Origin: Mizuhopecten yessoensis
Lineage: Eukaryota
NCBI RefSeq assembly: GCF_002113885.1
Contig: NW_018408322.1
Location: 250,878 to 314,877 of the forward strand
Direction of reading: 5' to 3'
DNA: 64,000 nucleotides
Below, piece after piece: positions 25,740 to 39,500 of this stretch; position 1 is the stretch's first letter; every line of letters begins with the position of its first letter. The notes beneath the pieces are model-generated. The model was not told the DNA's origin. It ran no database searches and worked only from the letters and a program-made list of their open reading frames with translations. The translations under genes and the position numbers were made by a program.

Positions 25740-26106
25740 GCCGAACCAACAGCCAATCTGATTGGCTGTTTAATGTGTCCATCATTATGCAAATTACTTG
25801 AAAACACAATATCGTTATGCTCTCTAACGTAACTATGTCATCGAACTTGATTGATAAAAAAACCACGCATAGCTATCCTCATTGGTCGGAATATACCACG
25901 CATATTTGGAGGATAATGATCGGTCGAGTGTGGCGGCTGGTTTATAAGACGGGGTTGCAAGCTGTGTTTTGTAAGGCAAAGTTCTTCTCATAAAGCTGAA
26001 CTTCGGTGAATGAGTTAATGCTTGTTTGTAAATAGACGACACGCCACACATACATGCTCGTTTTTTACGTGTCCAGGAAGTTGAAGATTGGTCCGTGTAT
26101 ATACAG
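25740..26106 (+). promoter_or_regulatory. Probable promoter and non-coding first exon of the 618-aa gene
   Basis: Inverted CCAAT pair aacagccaatc-t-gattggctgtt (25748-25770), octamer ATGCAAAT (25787), TATA-like tttataag (25941), donor cag|gtaagg after 26106; acceptor ttttcag at 26604. Confidence 0.5.
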
Positions 26107-26759
26107 GTAAGGAATGTTTCTTTATATAGTTGATATATACATGTTGACAAGTATGTAAAAGGAGCTCACTCTTATCATTCCTCCTAGTGTTGATTGATAT
26201 GAGTTATTAATAGTTTTTATTCTTGTAGCACATCACACCACTTTCTGGAATTTTTGTTCTCTGGTTTTACGTATTTCATAAACTTATGCAAATTGTGTGA
26301 CGCATAACTTGCACATTAATAATAATTATCATTTCTTAGTTACGATGCACGCATATTGTATATCAAGTTCAACAAAACATAAATTTTATAATTGCTTTAT
26401 CATGATAGCATGATTCTTCTTTACGAAAAACTATGGTTATATATAAACCTATCCATCATTTAAGTTAACAAGCCTCTCGAAATGTATCCGGTCTGTCGGT
26501 CTATGACGTATCACCGTATTAGTAAATAGACACACGTTGAGAGGAGTTGGTGTACTTAAACATGTACTAAATTGTATCTAATTAACAGCTTTTTATATTT
26601 TCAGCTATAAAAGAAGCGAAGATTCGTTTCCAGCAGCAAACTTGTGCGCTCATCCAACAGTGCACACCCAGCAGTAGAGACGTTTCTACTTGACCGTGCG
26701 ATCTCATAGATACAGAATACAGCTTTATTCATTGTTCATCATTACTGAAGAAGAAAATC

Positions 26760-28616
26760 ATGGAGGGAAATATGCTGATATTGGTCACATTCATTATATT
26801 TGTTCCGTCCGTGTTCACAAAAATGTTCATCCTTCAAGCCGATAATTCAAGAACGAGGGAAAATCATATGGTCATAAATTTGGGGAACGCTTCTAATGGA
26901 AATGCTCTCTTGATTACGGAACAGGAACCGCTGTCCATAAACTTCTGCATAAGGGAAAAGACCACTGTACGACTCAACAACTTTAGATTTTCAATTGATA
27001 ATGAAAATGCGCTATTTACGGTAAACCTGGATCACGGGTATTGGCTTGGCACCTATTACTCACCGCCTAGAGGTGGGCGGGAGGACTTTATCGACACCGG
27101 CGCGTTTCCCCGCGTGTATAACTTCGATGCCGGATGGCACGTTCTGAAAGTTGATGTTAGACCTGGGTCGGCAAATATAACAGTGGACAACATCGAATTT
27201 GAGATTACTGACGAAAGGATGAACTTAGACATTCTCCAATGCTCTATAATGTGTATACAGGAGGCAAAGTTTGTCGGGAGACATCCTTCTCAAACCGCGG
27301 CTACTGAAACTGCCTACATATCACAGCAGTCATACGACACCAAATGTGCTGAGGTGGACAACGTCAACATCCCTATCTACAATCCTGAAGTGAGTCAATT
27401 CCTCATCACGGCTACTCTTCCACAGTACAAATCATTTGCTAATCGTCGCCATGACAACCTCACAAACTGCCCACATCTGCCACCACAACTGTGGAGATTC
27501 TCTGACTTTACCGCAAGTTCTGATACTGAAAGAATACAAGGTAAAAATTCCAGCCTCATCTTTATTCCAAAAGACTTCAGTTCACGAAAATCTATCGCTA
27601 TCATTGCTTCATTTAAACTGGAAGGTGAAAAAGAAGGGAGCATTGACTCAAAAATTGGAAACGAACTATATTTGAGGTTCAGAAACTTGAGTGTCCCTGT
27701 TACAGTTATGATGCAATACCGGGAAAACACTGGACGTTTATCAGATGCTTCAGTGCGAACATTCGATCCACACTCTCTGGAACATATGTGGACTATCCCG
27801 GATTTCACGTGGATTGAAGACACCGAGAACTACATTGTGCTTTCCATGGAAGCTGATGTCAATGTCAAATTCGAGGTTAGTTATCTTCAGTTAATCAAAA
27901 GACCCATGGTCCCAGATGCAGTTTCAACTATTTATAGAAGCGACGACGTCATTATTGAGGCAGTGAATGTCCAACTTTCCTGGCTGGCACCAAAAACAAT
28001 GACGGTACGTCTAAGCAGTGGAGGCATTGCGGAAAATATCACATTCATTCGCATTTACCGACCGATTCCCTGGAACAACGGGTATGCACAGGTTTTCGTT
28101 CTTTATAATGACGGAAATGTACGACTTCTACCGACTGCTCCGGAAGGAACCGATTGGATCCCATTCGGAACCTCGGTCATTGTTGGTCAGACTAAAAGCG
28201 ACCGAGTGAGACCATACACTGTTATAACACAGGTCGATATCATTCCTGAGCGCTGGCAAATGAAGGTTTACTATGAGGACGGCAGCTCAGTCAAAATGAG
28301 CCTGAACAGCACAAGTGATGAAACCCAACTTCTTGTTAGTGATATGGATTTTATGCAAGATCGCTTCACTCACCCTTTTGCTACCATTCGCTCCATGTAC
28401 GTGGATGAGGGAAACACGGATGTGGACAGTGTGAAGATTGACAACAAACAGACGTACCATATCATGGACAAGTGGGGATCCCTTGATGGAAGATCTTTTG
28501 CCTTCCACCGCAGGTGTATATCAACTCACCTTACCCTTAGTCCGGATATTCAGGTAGACATACTCGAGACCAAGCAGGCAACGACAACACCTCAAGTGTC
28601 GCCAAACAGTATATAG
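26760..28616 (+). CDS. Uncharacterised secreted 618-aa protein, single coding exon; possible N-terminal CBM-like beta-sandwich
   Basis: 1857-nt ORF with normal globular composition; signal peptide-like MLILVTFIIFVPSVFT; several N-x-S/T sequons; aaaatcATGg start context. Confidence 0.88.
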   Translation: MEGNMLILVTFIIFVPSVFTKMFILQADNSRTRENHMVINLGNASNGNALLITEQEPLSINFCIREKTTVRLNNFRFSIDNENALFTVNLDHGYWLGTYYSPPRGGREDFIDTGAFPRVYNFDAGWHVLKVDVRPGSANITVDNIEFEITDERMNLDILQCSIMCIQEAKFVGRHPSQTAATETAYISQQSYDTKCAEVDNVNIPIYNPEVSQFLITATLPQYKSFANRRHDNLTNCPHLPPQLWRFSDFTASSDTERIQGKNSSLIFIPKDFSSRKSIAIIASFKLEGEKEGSIDSKIGNELYLRFRNLSVPVTVMMQYRENTGRLSDASVRTFDPHSLEHMWTIPDFTWIEDTENYIVLSMEADVNVKFEVSYLQLIKRPMVPDAVSTIYRSDDVIIEAVNVQLSWLAPKTMTVRLSSGGIAENITFIRIYRPIPWNNGYAQVFVLYNDGNVRLLPTAPEGTDWIPFGTSVIVGQTKSDRVRPYTVITQVDIIPERWQMKVYYEDGSSVKMSLNSTSDETQLLVSDMDFMQDRFTHPFATIRSMYVDEGNTDVDSVKIDNKQTYHIMDKWGSLDGRSFAFHRRCISTHLTLSPDIQVDILETKQATTTPQVSPNSI

Positions 28617-30046
28617 ATCAACGTGGGGTTCGTTTCGTAAAACACTATGTTGATCAATCTGGCACTCGACTGACTGAAGTTGCTGTGGCTGGAAAATTTA
28701 TATATCAGATTTACAGTATAGGTGTAAGATTACACAAACTAGCGTCCACTTTGTGGTCTTGACTTCGGGAACGAAATTTATAGGTTAGACATACACTAGC
28801 TATTTGCGTACTTATTGTTTAAGAACTATATGTAGGTCAACCTTACGTCGAATTTGAAATCCAATATTACATTTATGTTGTACGATGGTTTTCTAATGTT
28901 GGTAAATTATATATAATGTCTGTCTCAAAATTTTGCGTGTTGAGAAGCATTTTTATAATATCAATTCAAGATATCAATTTTGTCCTACCTTATACAATGT
29001 ATCCGTAGTAATTATTAATGAATTATCAGTTTCTATCATATGTTACATGTTCTTCAAGAGGATTCGTTTGAGAGAAATGAGAAAGCTAACTGGACCGTTA
29101 TGTTTGAAGTATGATCAGGATATCAAATTTAAAAAAATAGTTTTTTCGAGAAATTGATTAAAAATAAGATTACATATTTCTTGAACTTTAAAAGAAAAAC
29201 AAAATAATAGCTACAAACATTTTTAATAACATAAATTCATTATTAGATGAAAATATCTTTTTCGTTAATCTAACAAGACTTTGAACATACGGGTCCTGGT
29301 GTTTGTAAGATGTATAACGGTTTCTATAAATCCAAAAAATCATACATGATCTCATCTTTGTTGCCTTGCAGTATAACCTGTTAATAGTTGGGAGTGTGAG
29401 CGTGTGTATCATAACGCATTTGTTATATTTTAATTAAAATCAATGGAGGTATTCGAGTATCGCTGTACATGTATATTGACTCTATCAATCAAAATTGATT
29501 AATATGATCATTGAACATGAAAGATTGACCATGTTAATTAACCAAAGAAAAAACCCATTCACAGATTAAAAATAATTATCAATTCGCCATTTTTATGATA
29601 ATTGATCTTATAAATGTATTTGTATGTAGTAGGGATTTGAGTGTCGTTTATCGTTGTCAGTTGTGGCTGACACAATTAGCTATAGTCAGTGATGCGTTAC
29701 ATTTTAAACATAAGATAACAACCCTTTTTTCTGAAAATCTGTCTGAATTTCTTAAATATGTGTTGCTAGAAAATAGTTTCCTTTCTTATATAAAGAAAAT
29801 TTAAAATTTTCGTAAAGGCGATGCAATTGAAGGAAGTGTTAAATAGTATATGAAATATATAAAATTAGGTTTACCCCAATGTAGTATGAATGTGTATTTC
29901 GTGTCTTTGTTAAATAATTTATTATGTTGTTGTTTCCGCCACCATCAATCATAACTCTACTGTGTGTTAAACATGTCATAACTGTCATTAAATATTTAAT
30001 TATTTATGTCAATAAATCGAGTTCAAAATATGATTGTGGTTTTATT

Positions 30047-30087
<41 letters not shown>

Positions 30088-32260
30088 CATACACAAACAA
30101 TTCGATAATTTTGAATATATTATGTACATGTATTTGCAATGGAAATTAATATACAACAAAACACTTAAATGCTTTACTCACATATGCATATAACATGTTT
30201 CATACAAGATATATATTTCAATCAAAGTCTAAGAAAGTTTAGTTTCACCATGCTTACTAGATATAACCCAGTTTTGCCATGATATTCTACATTATCAATG
30301 CTTTCACTTTAATCAACGTTTTAAAAAAAATAAACACAAACAATGAACGTGTTTTACGTTTCGCAACATTTCAAGACCGACTGGTCCCTTTGTCAAGCTA
30401 TAATTGAGTGAGCGATTTATATGGTTTACCTGTACAACTATGTGACAAAATTGTAAAATTCCTATGTCACTCGACCCAGGATATTTTGCTTATCGATACG
30501 CACATACACACGTTTATCACGTAATTGCGCCTAATTGTTTGTGTATAAAGAAAAACTTTGATAAAACATATTTGCAAACTTATGAACACTGCTTTAACTC
30601 TATTGTGACCAACATAATTCAGCAAATTTGTCACAACAGTTACACGAGAGGTGAAGGGGACGATCACTTATCCATAGTTTTTTTTTATCTCGTCATCATG
30701 ATGTCGTTGGAAACTTTCATTTTCCTTGTGTGATATGACGGTCAATGTTTCGATTTTACCCGTTAGAGTGCCTTTGTTTTACCTTAGTTCTCGCTGTGAG
30801 GATTTGCCTGGATTTGATTAATGTGTAAAGGGCTGGTGACGTCGATAAAGTAAATGACGTTTACCTTTCAGGAACACCTGTTCCCATTTCTTCTTTTTCT
30901 TTTTCAATGGTCTCGTGCAATTTTTTTTTCATTTTTTTTCTACCTTAAGTTTCATCGATTTCAAGTTCGAATTATGTTTTTTTATGCTTCGGTATCAAAT
31001 TTTCTTTTCTCCTCTGATCTTTCCCTTTGCCTAAATAAGTTAATTCGGTTATTGAAGTCGGTTTGTTTAACGCATTGCTATCGATTTTGCCCTTGTGTTG
31101 ACACGAGATACACTTGTTTTTCTACATTACATTTAAATAATAGGTAGGCTGATATTTTGGGGACACAAGAAATGTGAAAGTATACTATCATTCAATTATT
31201 TTTCTTTTTCTTTTTCTTTTTGTTTTGCTTATATTATATTTACACAATTCATCTAGACGATCAATCTAATGATTGATAAGAAAAATGAACATGTCATGGT
31301 TTCTTAACAATTTCATAGGCTCATCAGATAAATTACGATCTCATCAATGTCCTCTTTGTGAGCTCTACAACAAAACAGATATACTCATCACATTCTTCAG
31401 CACCCAATCAACTACAAAATCTGAGGATTCCGTTTTTGATACACTCGTCCTCTATGCATTCTTAAAAGAAGCCATGACAAAATAGAAAGCAAGCTTTTTG
31501 ATTGGTTTCATGTGTCAAATCTAACAAATTGCTAGGATGATTCGTGTCCTTTAAAGATTACAGAAGAGCTACAACCAACTTCAAAGCATGTTAATTTTAC
31601 CGATTACACTACCGCGTGATCCCTTTCCCCACGCGCCAAACTGGTCTACAAATATCATCCGCAAGATGTCGTTTAAATAAACTTCGATTTCTAAAGACAT
31701 ATTCCAAGGATGCAGAAAAGAAACGAACATCGAGAGCGGAAACCTTAGATTTCGACGATGCCCCAAACCCATTCATAAAGTTGTACCATCATCCAGTGGG
31801 ATACCAAGATGTCACGTTTTACCCAAAATGTAAAGCTTAGTATATAATATTCTAAAAGTGGATAAGTATATGGTTTCGAATAATATAACGAATCCTATAT
31901 TCAAACAACGTGAGCTCTCCTGTCACTCAAATAAAAGTTCACACATTAGGAAATATTTCATTCTTCTTTTAATTTTTTTTATTTATAAAGATAATGTTTT
32001 CCCGTCGTGTTTATCATGTATACTTTTTCATATTACTCTCATTTTTTCACAACAATTTCCTTAAGCAATACGTTAATTGTACGCCTAAAACACTGAAAGG
32101 CGACATTATATCACTGGCTTTACTGTAAAAAAATGTGTAATATATACTTTATCACAATGGCAATATATATTTAAAACATTATGTAATAAAGCCAATTAAC
32201 AGGTAAATCAATGCAATCAAGCGGAACAATCTAATGAACAGTGTGCCTGTTCAGTTGACA

Positions 32261-32956
32261 TTTTAGGTCACCTGAGACAACGTCTCAGTTGAGCTATTGC
32301 GATCGGTTTTTGTCCTCCGTCATCTGTTCTGCGTCGTGAATCCGTAAACAGTTCATATTTTTAACTCCTCCAAAATCTCTGAACCAATTTAAATACATTT
32401 TGTTGGTAGGTGCCATGGCCAAAGGCAATTCAAAATTGTAATTATGTAGATCTAACCCCAAGGAGGGCGGGCCTAATGGTTAAGATAAGTTAAAATTTCA
32501 AAAATCATATTCAGACGGAGATATGCTAGAATCAAATACTTTCCATAGATGGAAAGGCTCTGAGGTATTTTATCAAATTGTGAATTTCATTACACAAGGG
32601 TCTCCTTCCTTGAGGAGGGAGATAACTTTACTCCATTACAATGTTTGTGATTATCGTACTGTTTTCATACATTTAAAGGTTATATAAATGATTTATGTTC
32701 GTCAATCCCCAACTCCATTTTTGTAAATGCCAATGAATAGTCAAAGAATGCATTTTGCTGGATCAATGTAATCAAAATTCTATTTTCGTTTGCTTCCTAA
32801 ATAACATGCGAAACATCATCTTGGGGACCAAATTGAAATTGAATTTTATTTGCATTGTGGTTTTATGTACTATTATTCTTTGTCACATCACAACAGCAAT
32901 TTACAATTGCACTTTAACTCAGGTGACCTAACGTTAATATCCACGGGCCTCTTGTT
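32261..32956 (+). mobile_element. Non-autonomous Helentron/HINE-like element
   Basis: 5' ttttaggtcacctgag with the inverted subterminal repeat ctcaggtgacctaa near the 3' end; degenerate (CCGT)-type microsatellite; 3' end gggcctcttgtt. Confidence 0.7.
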
Positions 32957-33919
32957 AATGTTTTAACTCTCGTTAAAGTCTGCCCTTATAACGGCATATA
33001 TATATCACTCCACAGCGGCAATAAAACCAGTGATATATGTCGCCTTACGATTTCGTAGGTGTACTCTTTTGTTATGGCTGAGGTAAATTTGTTGCGGTCA
33101 AATAAAAGTGATATATTACAAACACGGAAAAACTTCTGGTTTTTTTCCGGAATTTTATTATTAAACATAAAATGAAATATTTCCTGATGTATACACTTTT
33201 AAGTGATTAGAAAGAGTTCACATTGATATTAATATCAGATTTGTCATGTTTAGGGAAAAGGAAATACGACATCATATACTGTTTGTTATAATATGTTAAG
33301 CTTACAGTTTGGGTTTACTTGTGGTATCACACTGAATTGTGGTAAAACTTGATTTATTAGTCAAGGGTTCGGGGAGTGTAAAAAGGTGGTTTCGGTGACC
33401 TCTGCATACGGGACTTTGAAGACCCCACATTTCGCAATTGACCTTTGTTAAATTGTAATGATAAGGAAATACATCTCTACTGTTCTCTTACCCAAGGAAT
33501 ATGAGGTGACATAAGACATATAAAAAAAGTTTAATAGAGGCTATTTTGGTTTCTTATTGAATAACAGTTTTGAGTGAAGGAATAGTTTGATATTTTGATT
33601 TGAGTAAACAATATGAAAAAATAAACGTTTGTTTGTTTGAGTGGTTTTACGTCCGCTTCACTTACGTCCGAGTAGTTCAGTTATCTAGCAGACGAGAAAC
33701 CCATTCAACCAACGGTTGAGTTTTTTTTATAAGGACACGTGCTTACGTGAACAAATAATCCAAGTCTTTGGGAACGGGGAATGCTGTATTACAAGGTCAC
33801 AATAAGAAAGCGTCACGCCACGATTATTGTGACGTCACAATCGACAACGTCCATTGTTTGTTATTTTTAACACTATATCCTCCGTTTTTTATTGGTCGGT
33901 ATAAGTGTGAAAATAACAA

Positions 33920-34842
33920 TCAAGAGGCCCAGAGGGACTGTATATCTCACCTGTTTCTTGTGTTACATGAAAGTGATATATAGGTAACTTCAGACCAAAT
34001 TTCGTAACTAAAACACAAGACATTTTAACATCTCTTAAACGGTTCTTAAGATATTGTTGTTAAAAATTAAAAATTTTAATTTACAAGCTTTTAACCCACG
34101 TTGACTTTTGACTCCGGCTAGCACTTAAAGTTGACCTTTGACTTCATTATTATATTAAAGAAAAGATTCACACAGCTGGTCTACATAACATACCGAAATA
34201 TCATGACTCTAGTTCAAATGGTTCTTAGGATATTGTTGTTTGAAGTTTTTAACATATTTGATCCCTGTGGCCTTGAAAGTGGGTCAATGTCATTTTAATG
34301 AGGAGATGTTATAGCACTCCATTCCAGGTACCAACTGGCCAAATAGCATGACTCTGGGCCTTATGGAACTTGAGAAGAAGATTTTTAAAGCTTTTAACAC
34401 ATGTTGACCTTTGACCCAAGACTAGCACTTAAAGGTGACATTTGATCCCATTACTGTAATTAAGAAAACACATTCACACAGCTAGGCTACATAACATACC
34501 AAAGTAAAATGACTCTAGTCCAAGTATTGTTGTTTGAAGTTTTTAACATATTTGACCCATTTGACCTTGACAGTAGGTCAAGGTCATTTTAATGAGGAAA
34601 CATTATAGCACTCCATCCCAGGTACCTACTGGTCTCATAGGGAATTATAAACCCTGGTACCTACTGGTCAAATATCACGACCCTATGTCCTCAAATTCTT
34701 CTTCAGAAGTCGTTCAAAAGAAAAAAGGTTGACGGACGGACGACGGACGACGGACGACGGACAGAGGGACGCCGGGCGGACGGACGGACGACGGACGCAT
34801 AGTGAGGCATAAGCTCACAACGCCCTTTAGGTGAGCTTAAAA
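33920..34842 (-). mobile_element. Non-autonomous Helentron/HINE-like element with internal tandem repeats
   Basis: Ends caagaggcccagagggactgtatatctcacctg and aggtgagcttaaaa; (GGAC/GACG)n microsatellite 34730-34797; ~300-bp internal repeats containing ttgacctttgac. Confidence 0.8.
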
Positions 34843-36450
34843 CAGAGTTAGTTATCACAGTAGATATAATCAACACAATTTTTATTTTTAATAATGTAAC
34901 AAATGATATGCATCATACCATATTTTATGTATTTTGTACAGTTATTCAAATATATTTGATATCTCAAATGATCCTATGAAATACAGGCTCGACGTTGCTT
35001 CTTGAATAAACGTTAACTTTGTTTGTCATATAAATCTGACCACAATTTTTTTTTGTGCCGTTCTTAACGTCGGTCATTTTTTAACGTTATACGATATATA
35101 GAAACTAACCAGCATAACGCCCTTATTTGCTATTGCGTCTGAATCTTATTCTGACGTAAGTGTTACATCACTTTTTTGCTCTGTGCTTAAGATTACGTAA
35201 TGTTTTGTCACGGTCAGGGAGATTTTCTGTTTAACTAAGTAGAGCGACACACTACCAATAAACCAAAGTGTTAGATCCCAAGCGTCAGCAATTATTTTTG
35301 GAAATATTGACATCATGTAACAACTAGACTGCGCGTGCCTCATTTCATGGCATTAATGTACGTGTGCGTGTAAGTAAATATCTTCAACGTAATTGGTGTA
35401 CGATTTCGACGTAATTGCTACATCATATTTTTTGCTCTGTGAATCAATCTGTTGTTTTGCATGTGGTGTAGATTGCGTAATGTTATGACTATGTGCGCTC
35501 TAGTGAATTTTAGCCTCTTCCTACCGACACGTTTAGGGATATTTTTCTCTTTAACTTATTAAGTAGAGCGACACAGTACCAAATGCTCACTAGGAATTGA
35601 TAACATGTGTTACATCTAGACGACTACACGTTCCTCGTGAAATTGCATCTATGCGAATGTGACTAAATATCTTCACATGTCACCTGCTCAAATAATACCT
35701 CGTATGTCAACAACAATGGAAGTAGTCTTAGTTCAAATAAAAATGTTATATGCGTTTTAACATTCCTCAAACGTTCCGTTTGATGAATGCATAATGTATG
35801 AATTACTTCGCTATGATGAAACGGTAATTTTACATTCTTTACAGCAGGTCGAATATATCAGAGGGACGCTAAGCAATACAGTAACAGGCGAATAAGCCAT
35901 CAATATTACTAGAAGTACTTCGGTTACTTTTTATAAGTAAAAGTGCAACTAAATCATAAGTATACCGATATGAAACTAAGTCATAATTTTTCGTTAAAAC
36001 GAAAACCAAGTGCTTTGAGTATTGTTGTCGCAAAGCATAAAGCTTCTTGTTCGACTAACATTATCTATGAATGAAAACTTTAGAAGCATACATTGATCAA
36101 AGTTCCACTACCAAAGCTGTAATTCTTTATTTGTATGACTATAGCTTTAATAACTCATTTCTGAAAGGTAAACCACACCTTGCGGAATTTTCATTTAAAA
36201 ATTGCCAAGGTAAAATCAGCAAAAATAATCTCTCATGATAATAGTTTGGAAAAAAACTTCAAGGTGACCGTAGGAGACACACAAGATTGTACCTTTAAAG
36301 TTTGTTAATAAATACAGATGCCATAAAATAATTACACTGCACTAAACAGGTGTACCGTCCTTCTAGGGCTCAACGGTGATGCTAAGAACCAAAAAGATGG
36401 CAATCCAAACTGGTGTTAACTTATGTTGAAACAGAAGGATGGTTTGGTGT

Positions 36451-36508
36451 GATGGGGGTATTGTTGGGGCTCCATATAAGATGGGGGTATTGTTGGGGCT
36501 CCATATAA
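36451..36508. repeat. 29-bp tandem duplication
   Basis: gatgggggtattgttggggctccatataa x2. Confidence 0.85.
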
Positions 36509-39500
36509 CCCCTTTATTACACGAATTTCAGTTTAGAGCAGTACTCTTTAATTTCAAACTTATAATTGGTGAAGTGTGTACAGTATGAACTACGCAAAAG
36601 TGATAAGTGTGGCTATCAAGGTTGCGGCACACATCGGGGACTAATAAATCCACCAGTAGAATTTACAAACTTATATATTGAAAAATGAAAATATATATGT
36701 CGACAAATTCGAAACTCAAAAAGGAATATTCTGCAGGAATGATACACAGTGAAATATTATTTTACCGACACCAGACTCGAAAAAATAATCAAGTGAAATC
36801 TGTCTTCACCGAAGCTGTCTTAATTAAGGATGTACTCTTCTTAGGTTTAATCACGCTCAGGTCTCGTTTTGATCTGGTGTGACGTTTTTTGTAATATCTA
36901 ACAAATTACGATCAAGTTTTATAGCAAACACGCATCTGAAAAATATGTCAAAAAACTAGATACCGATTGCTTGTAGAACCTTTCTTACAAGAATTTAAAA
37001 AATGACCAATTCGGTGGCCATTTTGAAAATGTGTATCAAAGTGTATTTCTTGCGCTTCACAAAAGGCTAAAATTTCACCTTTTTTGACACTAGATTAATC
37101 ACTTAAATTGTCATTGTGTCGCCATTTTTAATTGTAGCAGGTTCAATTTTGCTGTACAACTTTAAAATGTCCCTTATGATAAAAAAAAAATGCAACAAAG
37201 TGGAACATTACACATTATTGGTATTTTTTTTATTTTTTTTTTACATATTTAGCACTTTTGATTTTTTACCCCGAAAAAAGTGAAAAATTAACAAAAAATA
37301 ATAATGGAACAAAAAAAGGTGCACATGGACCCCCACTTTTTTGTGGCTGTTTTAGAAAGAGAAACACATCTTCGTTTGATTCATCAAATATTTAAAAAAG
37401 TTTAGTAGGAAATAAAGTGAAAAAATGAGTATTTTTTCATGAAAAAATAAGGGATAGGGGTAACTTAAATCGCCTTTCTGAGTTAAAAGAATAAGATTTA
37501 CAAGTTGTACTTCCATAATTTTAAAGAAAATAATATTTTTATCAGTTCTACAAACATTCATACATATCTGATAACACACTTGGAAGAAATTGTATGAAGT
37601 TGTTCAGCAAACGCCTACTTTATCTGTATTGTTGAAAGCTGACTTTCTAACTCACTGTTCTGTCTCAACAACTGTCCAAGTCCCTCTTGCCGTCGGTAAA
37701 GCCATTCTTCACTTTAGTCATCTGCTAATCTCCCAAGGCGTATAGTAGACTAGGTTACGTGGGAGGCTCAATGATAACCAGCCATGGATTATGGAAAGTG
37801 AAGATCTCTAATCCATGTCTAACAAAAGTATCATGTTCCAGTGAAGTTGGCATGCTGATGTTGTTTTCAATAATTAAATTAATAATAAATAAATAAATAA
37901 AAAAAGATAAATAAATAAAAATGAAAAAAATTATTTGAATAAAAAAAAAGCATAAATAAATAAAAATGCAGATAATGCAATTTAATGAAACCCATTTTTG
38001 ATGTAGAATATTATTCTTAGATACTATGATATGATTTTGATCTATATAAATAGGACTCCCATGTAAAAAGACATCAAACAATAGAGATATGCTGATAAAT
38101 CTTGGGGTTGATAGTGTAATTATTCATGTGTGGTGTTCGTTTCATCCCTTTTTCATGCAAATATCAGGCTTAAGTCAACCTAGCATAGAACTTAAAATAT
38201 CTTTTATTATGATTCACGGTGTAATGTGTAATCTGACTTTAACGACTTAAAGAGATACTTGATCAGTTGGTCAGTTTTTAAAATGGGTCGATAAATTCAT
38301 ATTACGGAAACGTTTAAACAAAAGGGGGGGGGGGGGGGGGAGATAGCCTTAAAATATATAGTGAAGTGGCAAATGGAATAGGATATCCATTGTTTAAATC
38401 ATTTAAAAACATCGTAAGATGTTTTATATAAATATTAAATCTATAATTGACTCTCCTTATTTTTTTATGTGAATGTAAACATGTTGCTTAGTTTGTCCTT
38501 AATTCAAAAATACAGATCATAAAGAACTGTGGAGTAGAAAATTAATTATTTATAGTACTTCCAATTTTAGGGTTCTGCATAGCATATCAATGAAGCAATA
38601 CAGTAATTTCATAATATCATACGTGTATTTGATTGATGTTATTGCGAATGAAACCGTATATACCGCATAAACTATAGGAAAGACAATGGGCCTATTCGAA
38701 AATTCTATTCTATTTGCGAAGACTATTTTACTCAAGCTTTATTCGCTTAATAGTAAATTCTTGTGGAATTAAAAGCTATAACATTTATTAATAATTTTTA
38801 AACAAATCATGTTAACTCTCCAATCACAATCGATCATAATTCAGCAAAAAGTACGCAATTATCCAACTTTAAGTAGTATCTTTGAAACAATAATACATTT
38901 CTCTAAATAAAGTGACAAAGCTTGCCAAAAGTATATCTTGTTCTTTATAAAGAAGTACTCATACAATACACAATGCTATTTTAGAAAGATGACATGAATT
39001 ATAACTGGTTTTATTTTCATTTAAAATATGATCCTGTCACGATTTTGGGGTGTTTTTCGTTCAGTGTGGTTAGTTATTGCGATAATGGTTCTATACTAAT
39101 TATTATGAATGGAAACAATAAGTGTATTGATAAATCATCACCAGCCTCACGATACACCTGTGGTTTACATCGTACACACATTTCATTGTAAGCTTTCATT
39201 GATCATCATAATAGATGTACAAGTCTAGCATATGAATTGAATATATTAAGATATACAATAAGTTTATATTCAAGTTTTGATTTATTCCGTACCTGATACT
39301 CTTTCTGCAAGACAAAAATGCATTTTGGTATACATAAGCCTGCACTGACATATTTGTTTATGTAAGTAATGACTTATTCTTACAGCTAGATTAGGTAATG
39401 TATCATACTTTTGTGATAAGTAGAGGTATTTGGTTAATGGGCTAATGTTTTGTATTTAATGCACGTTCTGTGTCAGGCATCTGTAAGTTGAATTGGTATA

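Noticed and set aside
31273-31840. Short ORFs in slightly GC-richer sequence
   Set aside because: No recognisable domain or consistent splice structure; stops occur in all frames.
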